This document shows positions 10,905-22,033 of a stretch of DNA of 64,000 nt, one piece after another. Origin of the DNA: an uncultured Clostridia bacterium. GTDB lineage: Bacteria > Bacillota > Clostridia > Christensenellales > Borkfalkiaceae. Positions within the stretch are counted from its first letter, which is position 1. Every line of letters starts with the position of its first letter. The stretch spans positions 3,092 to 67,091 of the forward strand of contig CAMWMZ010000002.1 in NCBI GenBank assembly GCA_947175485.1, written 5' to 3'. Made by a program: the position numbers and the translations under genes. A model generated the notes under the pieces. That model ran no database searches. It saw only the letters and a program-made list of their open reading frames with translations, and was not told where the DNA came from.

Positions 10905-10926
10905 ACAAAATTTTAAGGAGAACACC

Positions 10927-12861
10927 ATGCAAGACAACAAAAACTTTAAGTTCTGCCCGAACTGCGGAACGCCCAGAGAAAAAAACGGCAAATTTTGCCC
11001 GAGCTGCGGATTTTCTTACGATAACCCCGACGCAAACGGCGGACAAAAAGAAAAACACTCCAAAATCAAAGAAACGTTTAAAAACGCTTTGAATTGGGTT
11101 AAATCGCATCTTAAAATCGTTATCCCGATTGCCGTTGCCGTTTTGCTTGCGATTATTCTTGCAATCGCAATCCCATTAGGGCTTGCCGCAAGAAACAACG
11201 GCGTCTATTACAAGCTCGGCTATGACGGCGAGTTGGACAAATCCGACTACATAAAAATAAACTCCGGCTCATGGGAAGACAACGACGGAGAAAAGGGCAC
11301 TTATAAGCTTAACGGCGAAAACGTTACTTTTTACGTTGAATTTTTAGGTTCTGTGGAAGAGCTTGCGAGCGGCACACTGTCAAACGGCGTGCTTGCGCTC
11401 GATATCGGCGGCGGAATGAAAGAAATTTACGTTACGGAAACCCACAAGCATAAATTCGGAGAATGGGAAACGCGTTATCCCGCCACCTGCACTACCGACG
11501 GACTTAACGTGCGCACGTGCGCCTGCGGAGTTACCGAAAGGCAGGAATTAAAAGCCGCGGGGCATCAGGGCGAATGGAAAATTACCAAAAAGCCGACTTG
11601 CACCGCGGAAGGCGAAAAAACGAGAAAATGCCCCGTTTGCAACGAGGATATAACCGAAATACTTGAAATGCTCCCCCACGATATTGTTTTGGATTACGAC
11701 GCGGAAAAGCATTGGCAAGTATGCTCCGTTTGCGAATTTATTCCCGAAGAAGCCCCGTCGGCACACTACGGCAACGGAAAATGCACGGATTGCGGCTACC
11801 GTGACGGCTACACATTAGGCTTAAAATTCAAGCTGCAACACATCAACGACGGTTTTAGCAAAGACGGTTACGCTGTATCGGGCTTGGGAACGGCGACGGA
11901 TACGCAAATCGTTATACCGGAAACATACAGAGGACTACCCGTAATCGCAATATATTCCCGTGCGTTTTACGATAAATCCTCGATTACTTCCGTAACTATT
12001 CCAGACAGCGTCGAATATGTTTCCTCCGAAGCGTTTACGGGAACAAGTGCAACCAAAACTGAAAACGGCTTGATTTACGCGGATAAATGGCTGATAGGCT
12101 GTAACGATAAATCCGTGACCGAAATCAACATTATAAAATCCGATACGTGCGGAATAGCCGCGGGAGCGTTCTACGGTTACAAGCTTACCTCTATAACACT
12201 GCCCGAAAGCGTTAAAAAGGGCGAAATAGGCGCGGAACTGATAAGCGCTACTCTGTCGGCGGATAGCCTTGAAGTATTAGACGCTTATGATACGCTTGAA
12301 AGCGTTACCATAACGGGCGGCACAAAATTGCACGACTATGCTTTCGACGATTACTACGTTTTGAAAAACGTTACTCTTCCAGAAACGCTGACGGAAATAG
12401 GCAATAGCGCATTTGCCAACTGCCGTGCGCTTGAAAGTATAGTTATTCCCGATTCCGTAACCCGTATCGGGAACGATGCGTTTTTAGCTTGCGAAGCGCT
12501 TAAAAGCGTTAAATTACCCGCAAGCTTAGTATCGATAGGGAGTTTCGCCTTTTATAATTGCGAGAGTATTGAAAGCATCGCGCTTCCTTCCGGGCTTGAA
12601 AAGATTTACGACAGAGCCTTTGCCGGCTGCAGCAGTCTGAATAACGTAACTATCCCCGCAAGCGTAAATTATATCGAAGAAGAAGTTTTCCAAAGCTGCC
12701 ATTCGCTCACGCGGTTGGTTTTTGAAAAGACCGACGGCTGGAAAGGGACTTCGCAAAATTACGGTCAAAAGAATATCCCGGGCAAAGATTTATCCGACCC
12801 TGCAAAAGCGGTTGAGCTTATTATGAAAACTTATTGCTCCTACATTTGGACAAGAGGTTGA
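10927..12861 (+). CDS. Zinc-ribbon / single-TM / Cys-rich repeat / BspA-type LRR surface protein
   Basis: 644 aa. The N-terminus FCPNCGTPREKNGKFCPSCG is a zinc ribbon, followed by the TM helix IVIPIAVAVLLAIILAIAIPLGL. Cys-rich units H.(F/G)EW...TC(T)..G...R.C..C follow, then repeated IP(D/E)SV..IG..AF..C..L LRR_5-like units. Confidence 0.8.
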   Translation: MQDNKNFKFCPNCGTPREKNGKFCPSCGFSYDNPDANGGQKEKHSKIKETFKNALNWVKSHLKIVIPIAVAVLLAIILAIAIPLGLAARNNGVYYKLGYDGELDKSDYIKINSGSWEDNDGEKGTYKLNGENVTFYVEFLGSVEELASGTLSNGVLALDIGGGMKEIYVTETHKHKFGEWETRYPATCTTDGLNVRTCACGVTERQELKAAGHQGEWKITKKPTCTAEGEKTRKCPVCNEDITEILEMLPHDIVLDYDAEKHWQVCSVCEFIPEEAPSAHYGNGKCTDCGYRDGYTLGLKFKLQHINDGFSKDGYAVSGLGTATDTQIVIPETYRGLPVIAIYSRAFYDKSSITSVTIPDSVEYVSSEAFTGTSATKTENGLIYADKWLIGCNDKSVTEINIIKSDTCGIAAGAFYGYKLTSITLPESVKKGEIGAELISATLSADSLEVLDAYDTLESVTITGGTKLHDYAFDDYYVLKNVTLPETLTEIGNSAFANCRALESIVIPDSVTRIGNDAFLACEALKSVKLPASLVSIGSFAFYNCESIESIALPSGLEKIYDRAFAGCSSLNNVTIPASVNYIEEEVFQSCHSLTRLVFEKTDGWKGTSQNYGQKNIPGKDLSDPAKAVELIMKTYCSYIWTRG

Positions 12862-12870
12862 TTACAGAAT

Positions 12871-12909
12871 AAAAACAGCGGGGCGCGTTATCGCGCCCCG
12901 CTGTTTTTA
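12871..12909. terminator. Bidirectional intrinsic terminator (LRR gene / ligA convergent)
   Basis: AAAAACAGCGGGGCGCG-TTAT-CGCGCCCCGCTGTTTTT: a 13-bp GC-rich stem flanked by A5 and T5. Confidence 0.85.
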
Positions 12910-12949
12910 CGTCGTCATAAGCACCGCCGAAAAGGCTTTTTTATTGCGT

Positions 12950-14902
<1,953 letters not shown>

Positions 14903-14949
14903 TTATCTGATTACCCCGCATATATGTGCGATTTAAAAAGGTTAAAAGT

Positions 14950-17226
14950 TTATAATATAGTGAGCGGCGCGAGAGACGCCGACAGCTCTTTTACGCCCTG
15001 ACCGTCAAACGCAACGTTTAAAGTGTTTCCGCCGTTTTTCAAAGCAACTATCATGCCGATGCCGAACTTGGGGTGCTTCACGCGCATACCCACGGTATAT
15101 TTGTTGCCGCTTTGCGCTTGCGGCGCAGACTTTTTAATTCCGCCCCAGCTCGGCTTGAACGAGCTTTTTTGTGCGGCGGGGATATCGCTTTCCGCTCCGT
15201 CGAAAGAAGAATACAACGCGCGTCCCGCCGATTTTTCCTCTCCGCCGTAGCGGTTATCATGATACGAACCGACGTATTTTTTGCCGTTACCCGCATAATA
15301 GTACGGGGGCTTTTCCGCCGCGGCTCCTCCGAGCTCGGGCGCAAGCTCCATAATAAAGCGGGAGGGTTTAGTTAAATCGCGGCGGCCGTATAAATAGCGG
15401 GATTTGGAACGCGTAAGATAAAGCCTGTCTTTGGCACGCGTAATGGCAACGTACATCAGCCGCCTTTCCTCTTCTTCGCTTCTGCCGTCTTCCGAGGCGC
15501 GCGACGACGGCATTATTCCGTCTTCGAGCCCGCAGATAAACACGTTTTTAAATTCAAGTCCCTTTACCGCGTGTATGGTTGCCAAAGTCACGTACTCGCT
15601 TTCGTCCATTTCGTCAAGGTCGGAAGAAAGGGTTACCTGATTGAGATATTCGTCTAAAGTAGCCGTAGGGTTAAGCCTGGAATAATCGTCTACCGATGCG
15701 ATAAATTCGTCTATGTTTGCAAGCTTTGCGTCGCCGTCGTCCGTTTTATCGTCGTAGGCGGAACGGATATCGGTATTGGTTATCACGTCGCGCACAAGCT
15801 GTGCCACAGGCGTTTCTATTGCGGAAAACACAAAGCCTTTTATAAGGTTTCCGAAGTCTTTTATTTTATCCTTTGCGCCGCGCGGAAGCGCAAGATTTTC
15901 ACTGTCCACAACCGCGTCATAAAGCGAATACTCCTCAGCCTGCGCGTACGCGTACATTGCCTCTATCGTTTTGCCGCCTATACCGCGGCGGGGAACGTTT
16001 ATAATTCTTTCAAGCGCTTCGTTATCGTCGGGGTTTGCGATAATTCTCAGATATGCAAGTATATCCTTGATTTCCTTTCTTTCAAAAAAGCGGAAACCGC
16101 CGAACACTTTATAAGGTATTCCGTATTTTGTGAACTCTTGTTCGTACGAGCGGGTCAGCGCGTTTATTCGCATAAGCACTGCGAAATCGGAAAATTTTCC
16201 GCCCTTTGCTACCGCGTCCGATATCGCCCTGGCGGTGTAAAGCGCTTCCCCCGCTTCCTCTTCAGCCTGATAATATACGGGCTTGTCCCCGTCTTCCGCT
16301 TCCGTCCAAAGCTCTTTTCCGCGGCGGACGGCGTTGTTTTTAATAATACAGTTTGCAAGCTTTAAAATAGATTTGGTAGAGCGGTAATTGCGCTCAAGCT
16401 TGTAAATTTTCGCTTCGGGGAAATCCTTATCGAATTTCAGAATATTTTCAATTTCAGCGCCGCGCCAACCGTAAATGGACTGGTCGTCGTCGCCTACCGC
16501 AAACAGATTGCCGTGTTTGGACGCAAGCAGTTTTATAATATTGTACTGCACGGCGTTCGTATCCTGAAACTCGTCCACAAGAATATACTTGAACTTGTCG
16601 GAAAGGTATTCAAGCGTTTCCCTGTCCCTTTTCAAAAGACGAAGAGTTTCCAAAAGCAAATCGTCGAAATCGAGCGCATTGTTCGCGCGCAAATGGTTAT
16701 CGTACTTTTCGTAGATAACGACGATATCATCCATACCGCGCTCGCCGCTGAATTTTTTGCCGTAATGGTCGGGGTCGAGCCCGAGCATTTTTGCATTGCC
16801 GATATGGTATTTCGCGCTTTTCAACAGCTTTTCGTCGTCGAAATCAAGCTCCTGAAAGGTTCTTTTTATTATATTATTGCGTTCGGTTTCGCTGTAAATG
16901 GAAAAGTTGGGTTTTATCCCCGCTTTATCAGCGAATTGACGGAGGATTTTTACGCACATCGAATGGATTGTGCAAATCCATTTAGTGTCCGCATCGCCCA
17001 CCGTGCGGGAAAGTCTTTCTTTCATTTCCCCCGCCGCTTTGTTTGTAAAGGTAATCGCAAGGATTTGTGAAAGGGGCGCTCTTTGCTCCCTCAATATGTA
17101 AGCAATGCGCGAAGTGAGAACGCGCGTTTTTCCGCTGCCCGCCCCTGCGAGCACGAGAACCGCGCCCTCGGTATCGCATACCGGTTTTTTCTGTTCTTCG
17201 TTGAGTGCATCCAAAATTTCGTCCAT
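14950..17226 (-). CDS. pcrA: ATP-dependent DNA helicase PcrA (UvrD/Rep family)
   Basis: Start taken at MDEILDALNEEQKKPV (ATG 17226-17224); the track ORF extends 13 codons further upstream. It has Walker A AGAGSGKT, DEFQDT, and the UvrD helicase motifs through VTLATIHAVKGLEF..VF. Confidence 0.9.
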   Translation of the reverse strand: MDEILDALNEEQKKPVCDTEGAVLVLAGAGSGKTRVLTSRIAYILREQRAPLSQILAITFTNKAAGEMKERLSRTVGDADTKWICTIHSMCVKILRQFADKAGIKPNFSIYSETERNNIIKRTFQELDFDDEKLLKSAKYHIGNAKMLGLDPDHYGKKFSGERGMDDIVVIYEKYDNHLRANNALDFDDLLLETLRLLKRDRETLEYLSDKFKYILVDEFQDTNAVQYNIIKLLASKHGNLFAVGDDDQSIYGWRGAEIENILKFDKDFPEAKIYKLERNYRSTKSILKLANCIIKNNAVRRGKELWTEAEDGDKPVYYQAEEEAGEALYTARAISDAVAKGGKFSDFAVLMRINALTRSYEQEFTKYGIPYKVFGGFRFFERKEIKDILAYLRIIANPDDNEALERIINVPRRGIGGKTIEAMYAYAQAEEYSLYDAVVDSENLALPRGAKDKIKDFGNLIKGFVFSAIETPVAQLVRDVITNTDIRSAYDDKTDDGDAKLANIDEFIASVDDYSRLNPTATLDEYLNQVTLSSDLDEMDESEYVTLATIHAVKGLEFKNVFICGLEDGIMPSSRASEDGRSEEEERRLMYVAITRAKDRLYLTRSKSRYLYGRRDLTKPSRFIMELAPELGGAAAEKPPYYYAGNGKKYVGSYHDNRYGGEEKSAGRALYSSFDGAESDIPAAQKSSFKPSWGGIKKSAPQAQSGNKYTVGMRVKHPKFGIGMIVALKNGGNTLNVAFDGQGVKELSASLAPLTIL

Positions 17227-17261
17227 AATTATATTATACCACAAGCAAATTTGCGGCGCAA

Positions 17262-17639
17262 TCAAAAGCCGAGTTCTTTTTCTTTTCTGTAACGCTTCAA
17301 GGCTTCGAGATATTTTGCGGAAAGCTCAAGAGAATACCGTTGTTTTTCTTCGTAATTGAGCGACGCGTAATACTCTTTATCCGTAAGCCTGCCGATAGCG
17401 TCGGAAACTTCGCCTTCCTCGTCTAAAAGCCTTTTGACTTTAAGATAGAATTCGTCTTTCTTTTCGCCCTTTATATGGTCTTTTACCATACCGGTAAGAG
17501 AGCTTTTTATCTTGATTTCGTTCATTCCTTTCAATTTGGCTTCGGTGGTGTTACGGTCAATGCTCCTTTTGCAGCTTTCCCAGTAATTGCTTTTGAGCCT
17601 GTTTTTAGCGGCGCGCGCCATTGATTTAATATCTTCCAT
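17262..17639 (-). CDS. Hypothetical charged helical protein
   Basis: 125-135 aa ORF, K/E-rich, between rpsU and pcrA on the same strand. I recognise no family. The start is ambiguous (ATG 17639 or 17669; neither has a well-spaced SD). Confidence 0.45.
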   Translation of the reverse strand: MEDIKSMARAAKNRLKSNYWESCKRSIDRNTTEAKLKGMNEIKIKSSLTGMVKDHIKGEKKDEFYLKVKRLLDEEGEVSDAIGRLTDKEYYASLNYEEKQRYSLELSAKYLEALKRYRKEKELGF

Positions 17640-17721
17640 AATCAAACAAAAATCTCCCGATATCGACATTTTTTGCTAAGAAAAAGGTCCGCCGGATTTT
17701 TTCATCCGACAGACCCTGGGG

Positions 17722-17898
17722 TTAACCTCTGTTTCTCTTTCTTGCGGCTTCCGCCTTTTTACGGCGCTTAACCGAAGGCGACTCGTAAAATTCTTTCTTG
17801 CGGAGGTCGCCGATTATACCGTCGCGGGAGCACTTTCTCTTGAAACGGCGGAGAGCGCTTTCAACCGACTCGTTTTCGCCTACTCTGATTGTTGACAT
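17722..17898 (-). CDS. rpsU: 30S ribosomal protein S21
   Basis: 58 aa from [29 protein letters not shown]...[12 protein letters not shown]. The track ORF carries a spurious 21-codon N-terminal extension. Confidence 0.9.
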   Translation of the reverse strand: MSTIRVGENESVESALRRFKRKCSRDGIIGDLRKKEFYESPSVKRRKKAEAARKRNRG

Positions 17899-18009
17899 CT
17901 TTTTCACCTGCCCTCGCCTGCGCATTATTTGCCGTTTGACACAGCTTTTAAAGTATACCAAATGCGGGGCGGCAAGTCAAACGTTTTGCAAAAGATTTTT
18001 CCGCTATTT

Positions 18010-20043
18010 CTATTCTATGGCTTTAAGGCTTTCGTTCATATCTATTTTTTTGATTTTAGGCTTTAACATTAAAGTTACTATAAACGTAAAAATAAAAACA
18101 AGGAAAGGCGCGGCAAGCCACCAGAACCAGGTTACCCCGCCTATCGTGCCCATTCCCATAATATAAAACAGCAGCTTCATTATAAGCGTGGAAAGCGGAT
18201 AGCCGAACAAAATGCCTACGGCGGTATCTATATACACTTCGCGGTAAATATACCCCGAAACCTCTTTATCGTGATAGCCTAAAACCTTTAAAGTTGCAAG
18301 CTCGCGGTTTCTTTCGCTGACGTTGATATTAGTAAGGGTATAAATAACCACAGCCGTCAAAAGCCCCGCAAACACGATAACCACGAACGCAATACCCATT
18401 ACGGACGGCGCGTCAAGCCCGCCGAAAAGGCAGATATCCAGCAAAGCGAACCCTGCAAGAACAAGCGCGGTAGATACCGCCACCGAAACCACCGTCATAA
18501 TAAATCTGGGCAGATATCTTAAAACGTTGCGCAAAGTCGATTTATATTTAAAAGAAAATCTGTTCCATATAAAAGGAATACGTTCCAGAAATACCTTTTT
18601 ACCCGCGCGGGGAGGCTTCGGCCTTAAAAGCTCGGCGGGAGCTTCCCCCGTCATTTTAATCCCAGCAATCAATGTTGCGCCGAGCGTTGTTACGATTATA
18701 ACGGCAAGAACTATCAAAAAGAAAGGCAACGCTATCTGCGAGGATATAGGCGGCATAGAAAAACTGTAATTGAAAACGTAACAAATAAGATACGCAAGCC
18801 CCAGCCCGACGAAATACGAGCCTCCGCCGCCAACGCCCGTAGCCAGCATAGCGAACAAAAAGTATTTGAAAATAATTTTGAAGTTGGAGTAGCCGAGCGT
18901 TTTCAGGCAGGCAATTTGAGGGCGCTCCTCTTCCATAAGCCTTGTCATATTAGAAAGCACTACAAGCGCCGTAACGAACAAAAACGCAGCCATTAAAACA
19001 AGACCTATACTCATAACCTTGTCTGCGTAGCCCTTTAAAGACACGAAGGAATAATTTTTATAAAGCGTTATGAATTTTACCTCTTCCGCGGTTTCCTCTC
19101 CGTTTTGCGCTTCGGTCAAGCCGGCTTTTTCGTTAACTTTTTCAAGAGCGGAAAGCACCGCAGTTTTCTGCCCTTCCACATAATTTTCATACGCTTTATC
19201 AAACGCTTTAAAACGCGATTTGTCTGCAAAAGACACAAACATATCCGTCGTTTTAATAAGCTTTTCCGCTTCCGGATGTATAGCGGGAATAGCGGGTATT
19301 TCCGGAATTGCGGCGGTTGAAGCAAACAAAATATTATCTACCGTAATAAGCTCGTTAACGGCGTTAATCGTATCCGGAATTTTTGTATCTTCGGGATTGG
19401 TCCAGCTTGGTTCACCGTCCTGCGCGAACGTCAAAGGGCTTTTTACGATATTGCCTACTACAAGCGTAGATTTATGCGGCAACCTGTCTAACATTGAGGA
19501 TATATTGGGGTCAAGCTCTTTTCCGCCCTGTTTTGCGAGCTGTTCTAATATATCCTTGAAATCTAGTTCTATTTCCGTTTTTAAGGGTACGCCTTTTATC
19601 TTATTGTCACCGACTTCTGCGTTTGCCGCATATAAACCCGCAACGTCCGAATTTGAAAAATCCGCACTTTCAAGGGTTTCGCAAACGTTTACCGTTTCAT
19701 TGCCGAAGCTGTCTGAAAAATACAGCCTGACAAGCTGCTTTTCGCCGTTAACCCCCACATATACGTCAAACGCCGCGCCCGTGTTCACGTTTTCTTCGCC
19801 GTAAACGGCACGCACCGCGCTTATTTCTTCTTCTGAAAATCCGTCCGCCGCAGTCGTTTTTATAATCAAATCGCTCACGTTCTGCGCTTTATAATAATCT
19901 GTCAGAGAATATTTTATTTTATCCGTCGAAGTGCCTATACCCGAAACAAATCCGACCGATACCAAAACTATAAAAATTATAGAGATAAATCTTGTTACGT
20001 GCTTTTTAAATGCACGCAAAAGAGTTTTAAGATAGGTTTTCAT
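18010..20043 (-). CDS. ABC transporter permease, FtsX/MacB-type with two FtsX modules
   Basis: 677 aa. An N-terminal TM is followed by a large extracytoplasmic domain of about 300 aa, then two 4-TM FtsX-like blocks. It lies 1 nt downstream of the ATPase gene. Confidence 0.8.
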   Translation of the reverse strand: MKTYLKTLLRAFKKHVTRFISIIFIVLVSVGFVSGIGTSTDKIKYSLTDYYKAQNVSDLIIKTTAADGFSEEEISAVRAVYGEENVNTGAAFDVYVGVNGEKQLVRLYFSDSFGNETVNVCETLESADFSNSDVAGLYAANAEVGDNKIKGVPLKTEIELDFKDILEQLAKQGGKELDPNISSMLDRLPHKSTLVVGNIVKSPLTFAQDGEPSWTNPEDTKIPDTINAVNELITVDNILFASTAAIPEIPAIPAIHPEAEKLIKTTDMFVSFADKSRFKAFDKAYENYVEGQKTAVLSALEKVNEKAGLTEAQNGEETAEEVKFITLYKNYSFVSLKGYADKVMSIGLVLMAAFLFVTALVVLSNMTRLMEEERPQIACLKTLGYSNFKIIFKYFLFAMLATGVGGGGSYFVGLGLAYLICYVFNYSFSMPPISSQIALPFFLIVLAVIIVTTLGATLIAGIKMTGEAPAELLRPKPPRAGKKVFLERIPFIWNRFSFKYKSTLRNVLRYLPRFIMTVVSVAVSTALVLAGFALLDICLFGGLDAPSVMGIAFVVIVFAGLLTAVVIYTLTNINVSERNRELATLKVLGYHDKEVSGYIYREVYIDTAVGILFGYPLSTLIMKLLFYIMGMGTIGGVTWFWWLAAPFLVFIFTFIVTLMLKPKIKKIDMNESLKAIE

Positions 20044-20044
20044 T

Positions 20045-20746
20045 TTACCACTCTATCTCCTCTATCGGTTTCGGCGCGGGGTTTTCAACGATTTTTTCAA
20101 TCTTTCCGCTCTTTATATAAACGACCTTATCCGCCATATCTTTAAGCGCGGAATTGTGGGTTACAATGATTACAAGTCTTTTGCTTTTCTTGCAAACGTC
20201 GTGCAAAAGCTTTAAAATCTTTTTGCCGGTATTATAATCGAGCGCGCCCGTCGGTTCGTCGCAAAGCAAAAGCTTGGGATTTTTGGCTATCGCGCGGGCA
20301 ATTGAAACGCGCTGCTGTTCCCCGCCGGAAAGCTGTGCGGGGAAGTTTGAAAGCCGCTCTTCAAGCCCGACTTCGGTTAAAACCTCTTTCGGGTCTAAAT
20401 GGTCTTTGCATATTTCAACTGCTATTTCCACGTTTTCCAAGGCGGTAAGATTTGGCATCAGATTATAAAACTGAAAAACAAAGCCCACGTCGCTGCGGCG
20501 GTATTCGGTAAGCCCGCGCTTATCCAGCGAAGTCACGTTTTTTTCGTCGAGAACAATCTCGCCCGAAGTGGCTTTATCCATTCCGCCGAGCAAATTCAAA
20601 AGCGTGGTTTTCCCCGCGCCCGAGCTGCCCAAAATTACGACGAACTCACCGTCGTTCAGCTCGAAAGTAACTTCCGAAAGCGCGTTTACGCTTACAGAAC
20701 CCGTTTTATACTCTTTTCCTACGTTTGAAAGCGAAAGATAACCCAT
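20045..20746 (-). CDS. ABC transporter ATP-binding protein (MacB/LolD-like)
   Basis: 233 aa with Walker [10 protein letters not shown], the signature LSGGEQQR and Walker B LLLCDEPT. Confidence 0.9.
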   Translation of the reverse strand: MGYLSLSNVGKEYKTGSVSVNALSEVTFELNDGEFVVILGSSGAGKTTLLNLLGGMDKATSGEIVLDEKNVTSLDKRGLTEYRRSDVGFVFQFYNLMPNLTALENVEIAVEICKDHLDPKEVLTEVGLEERLSNFPAQLSGGEQQRVSIARAIAKNPKLLLCDEPTGALDYNTGKKILKLLHDVCKKSKRLVIIVTHNSALKDMADKVVYIKSGKIEKIVENPAPKPIEEIEW

Positions 20747-20819
20747 AGCACCGCTCCTTTTATATATAATTATTTAATCACAAATTTTACGTTTTGTAAA
20801 CGCTTTATCTAAATTCGGG

Positions 20820-20848
20820 TTGACATTTTACCAAACTTTCACTAAAAT
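20820..20848 (+). promoter_or_regulatory. Consensus-like promoter of tRNA-Leu
   Basis: TTGACA (20820-20825), 17-nt spacer, TAAAAT (20843-20848). The mature tRNA 5' end lies 12 nt downstream. Confidence 0.7.
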
Positions 20849-20859
20849 AAACGTATCGT

Positions 20860-20942
20860 GCGGATATGGCGGAATTGGCAGACGCGCAGGACTTAGAATC
20901 CTGTGGGCAACCGTGCAGGTTCAACCCCTGTTATCCGCACCA
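20860..20942 (+). tRNA. tRNA-Leu, anticodon UAG (class II, CCA encoded)
   Basis: Hand fold: acceptor GCGGATA/TATCCGC; D arm GCG-GAATTGGCAGA-CGC; anticodon stem CAGGA/TCCTG with loop CT-TAG-AA; an 11-nt variable region; T arm GCAGG-TTCAACC-CCTGT; discriminator A plus CCA. Confidence 0.9.
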
Positions 20943-20946
20943 AAAG

Positions 20947-20992
20947 AAATGTCGTATTTTGTCGAAAAACAAAATACGACATTATTTATTTT
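20947..20992. terminator. Intrinsic terminator after tRNA-Leu (also faces the convergent orphan gene)
   Basis: 13-bp stem ATGTCGTATTTTG (20949-20961) / CAAAATACGACAT (20970-20982), followed by TATTTATTTT. Confidence 0.75.
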
Positions 20993-21707
20993 AATAAAAA
21001 TTTACCGGCTTTGCGATATATCCCATTTTTGATAGATTTCCAATCTTGATTCTAATTCCATCACCGAATTTTTCCCCTATGCCGCGTTTTACTAAACTAT
21101 CTATAGATTCACCTAATATAATTCGCCTTTCTTGCTGTTCTTCATACTCTTTACTTTTTTGGAAATAAGCAAGATCGGATTTCCCTGCTTTCGTTTGCAT
21201 TATTATTCCAATATCGACATTCTCATCGCTGTATTTAACATTTGCTATGGTTGCAGCTATATCATGTGCATTTAAGAAACTCATTATCTGATTTTCAAAC
21301 AAAACTCGGTCTAATATAGCACAAAAGGTTTGCTTTCCAGAACTAAAATCCTTTAACATCTTTGGATTTAGGTAAATTGCACCGTTTGGATGAAAATTTC
21401 TGCCGCTTAATTGGTAATAACAATAAATTGGACGGTTATCATCCAAATGTACTGCCGTGACATCACCGAGTTTCTTATATAAGGTATCATTTACTTCCTT
21501 ACAATAAAGTTGAAAATGACAATTGACTATTCCTTCATCCACATCACCACGTCCAGGCTGTTTGCTCTCTTTGAATGATTTAATAGGACGGAACAGCATT
21601 TCTCCTGTGCTAAATAATTTTTCAGCAAAGCTCTCATCATCAAAAAATTTGATCACATGATTTGTAGACATAATATCTTGAGCTTTGATTTGTTTTAGTT
21701 TTTTCAT
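20991..21707 (-). CDS. Orphan 238-aa protein in an AT-rich islet (family not recognised; loosely Abi/DUF2971-like)
   Basis: Clean ORF with AAGGAG 10 nt upstream of ATG 21707. It is visibly more AT-rich than its flanks, has no TM helix or signal peptide, and is bracketed by terminators. Confidence 0.7.
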   Translation of the reverse strand: MKKLKQIKAQDIMSTNHVIKFFDDESFAEKLFSTGEMLFRPIKSFKESKQPGRGDVDEGIVNCHFQLYCKEVNDTLYKKLGDVTAVHLDDNRPIYCYYQLSGRNFHPNGAIYLNPKMLKDFSSGKQTFCAILDRVLFENQIMSFLNAHDIAATIANVKYSDENVDIGIIMQTKAGKSDLAYFQKSKEYEEQQERRIILGESIDSLVKRGIGEKFGDGIRIKIGNLSKMGYIAKPVNFY

Positions 21708-21742
21708 TAAATAACATCTCCTTTTAATTCTTTACAAAATAA

Positions 21743-21776
21743 CAAAAAAGCGCGTAACAGTTACGCTACGCGCTAA
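21743..21776 (-). terminator. Intrinsic terminator / attenuator hairpin about 35 nt upstream of the orphan gene start
   Basis: On the reverse strand: AGCGCGTA-GCGTAACTGT-TACGCGCT (perfect 8-bp stem) followed by TTTTTTGTTATTTTG. Confidence 0.6.
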
Positions 21777-21979
21777 TTGCTTTTCCCACTTTGTGGAGCT
21801 ATTTCTTTGTATGGCATAAGAATAACATCTATATTATTGTTTGTCAAGTCATTTATGAAAAGATTTTACTCGTCCAATGCTTTGGTGTATGGTGCTTGGC
21901 GCGATAAACATGATTCGAACCCCCTTTTTAAAATTTTATTAATATTGTTGCAATGAACTTCCTATAAATCAACAAAATC

Positions 21980-22033
21980 GAGTTCAAATCCCATCGTCTA
22001 CGAATGAGATGGGGTTCAAATCCCGACTTCTAC
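21980..22033 (+). repeat. Two direct copies of a 22-nt tRNA 3'-end-like segment (T-loop GGTTCAAATCC plus acceptor-like tail)
   Basis: GAGTTCAAATCCCATCGTCTAC (21980-22001) versus GGGTTCAAATCCCGACTTCTAC (22012-22033), 18/22 identical. The second copy continues ...ACACC like a tRNA 3' end. No matching 5' half is present. Confidence 0.55.

Noticed and set aside
10655-10905. Assigning the leader to a known riboswitch class (T-box, c-di-GMP-I/II)
   Set aside because: I could not find the T-box consensus, a specifier-loop arrangement or the GEMM core sequences by eye. It is left as an unclassified leader.
10671-10991. 106-aa reverse-strand ORF (or a 53-aa version from ATG 10832) in the parE / LRR-gene intergenic region
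   Set aside because: The long version overlaps the SD and start of the well-supported 10927 gene, and the short version has no SD (AAACAAAATCTT-ATG). Its tail (..YPNFKEKCPQAILYFEQLKSFYPVWKHAEKFRIKKHGNTFHPY) could be a relic of a lost gene, but I could not assign it. I therefore treated the region as a non-coding leader. blastx would settle this.
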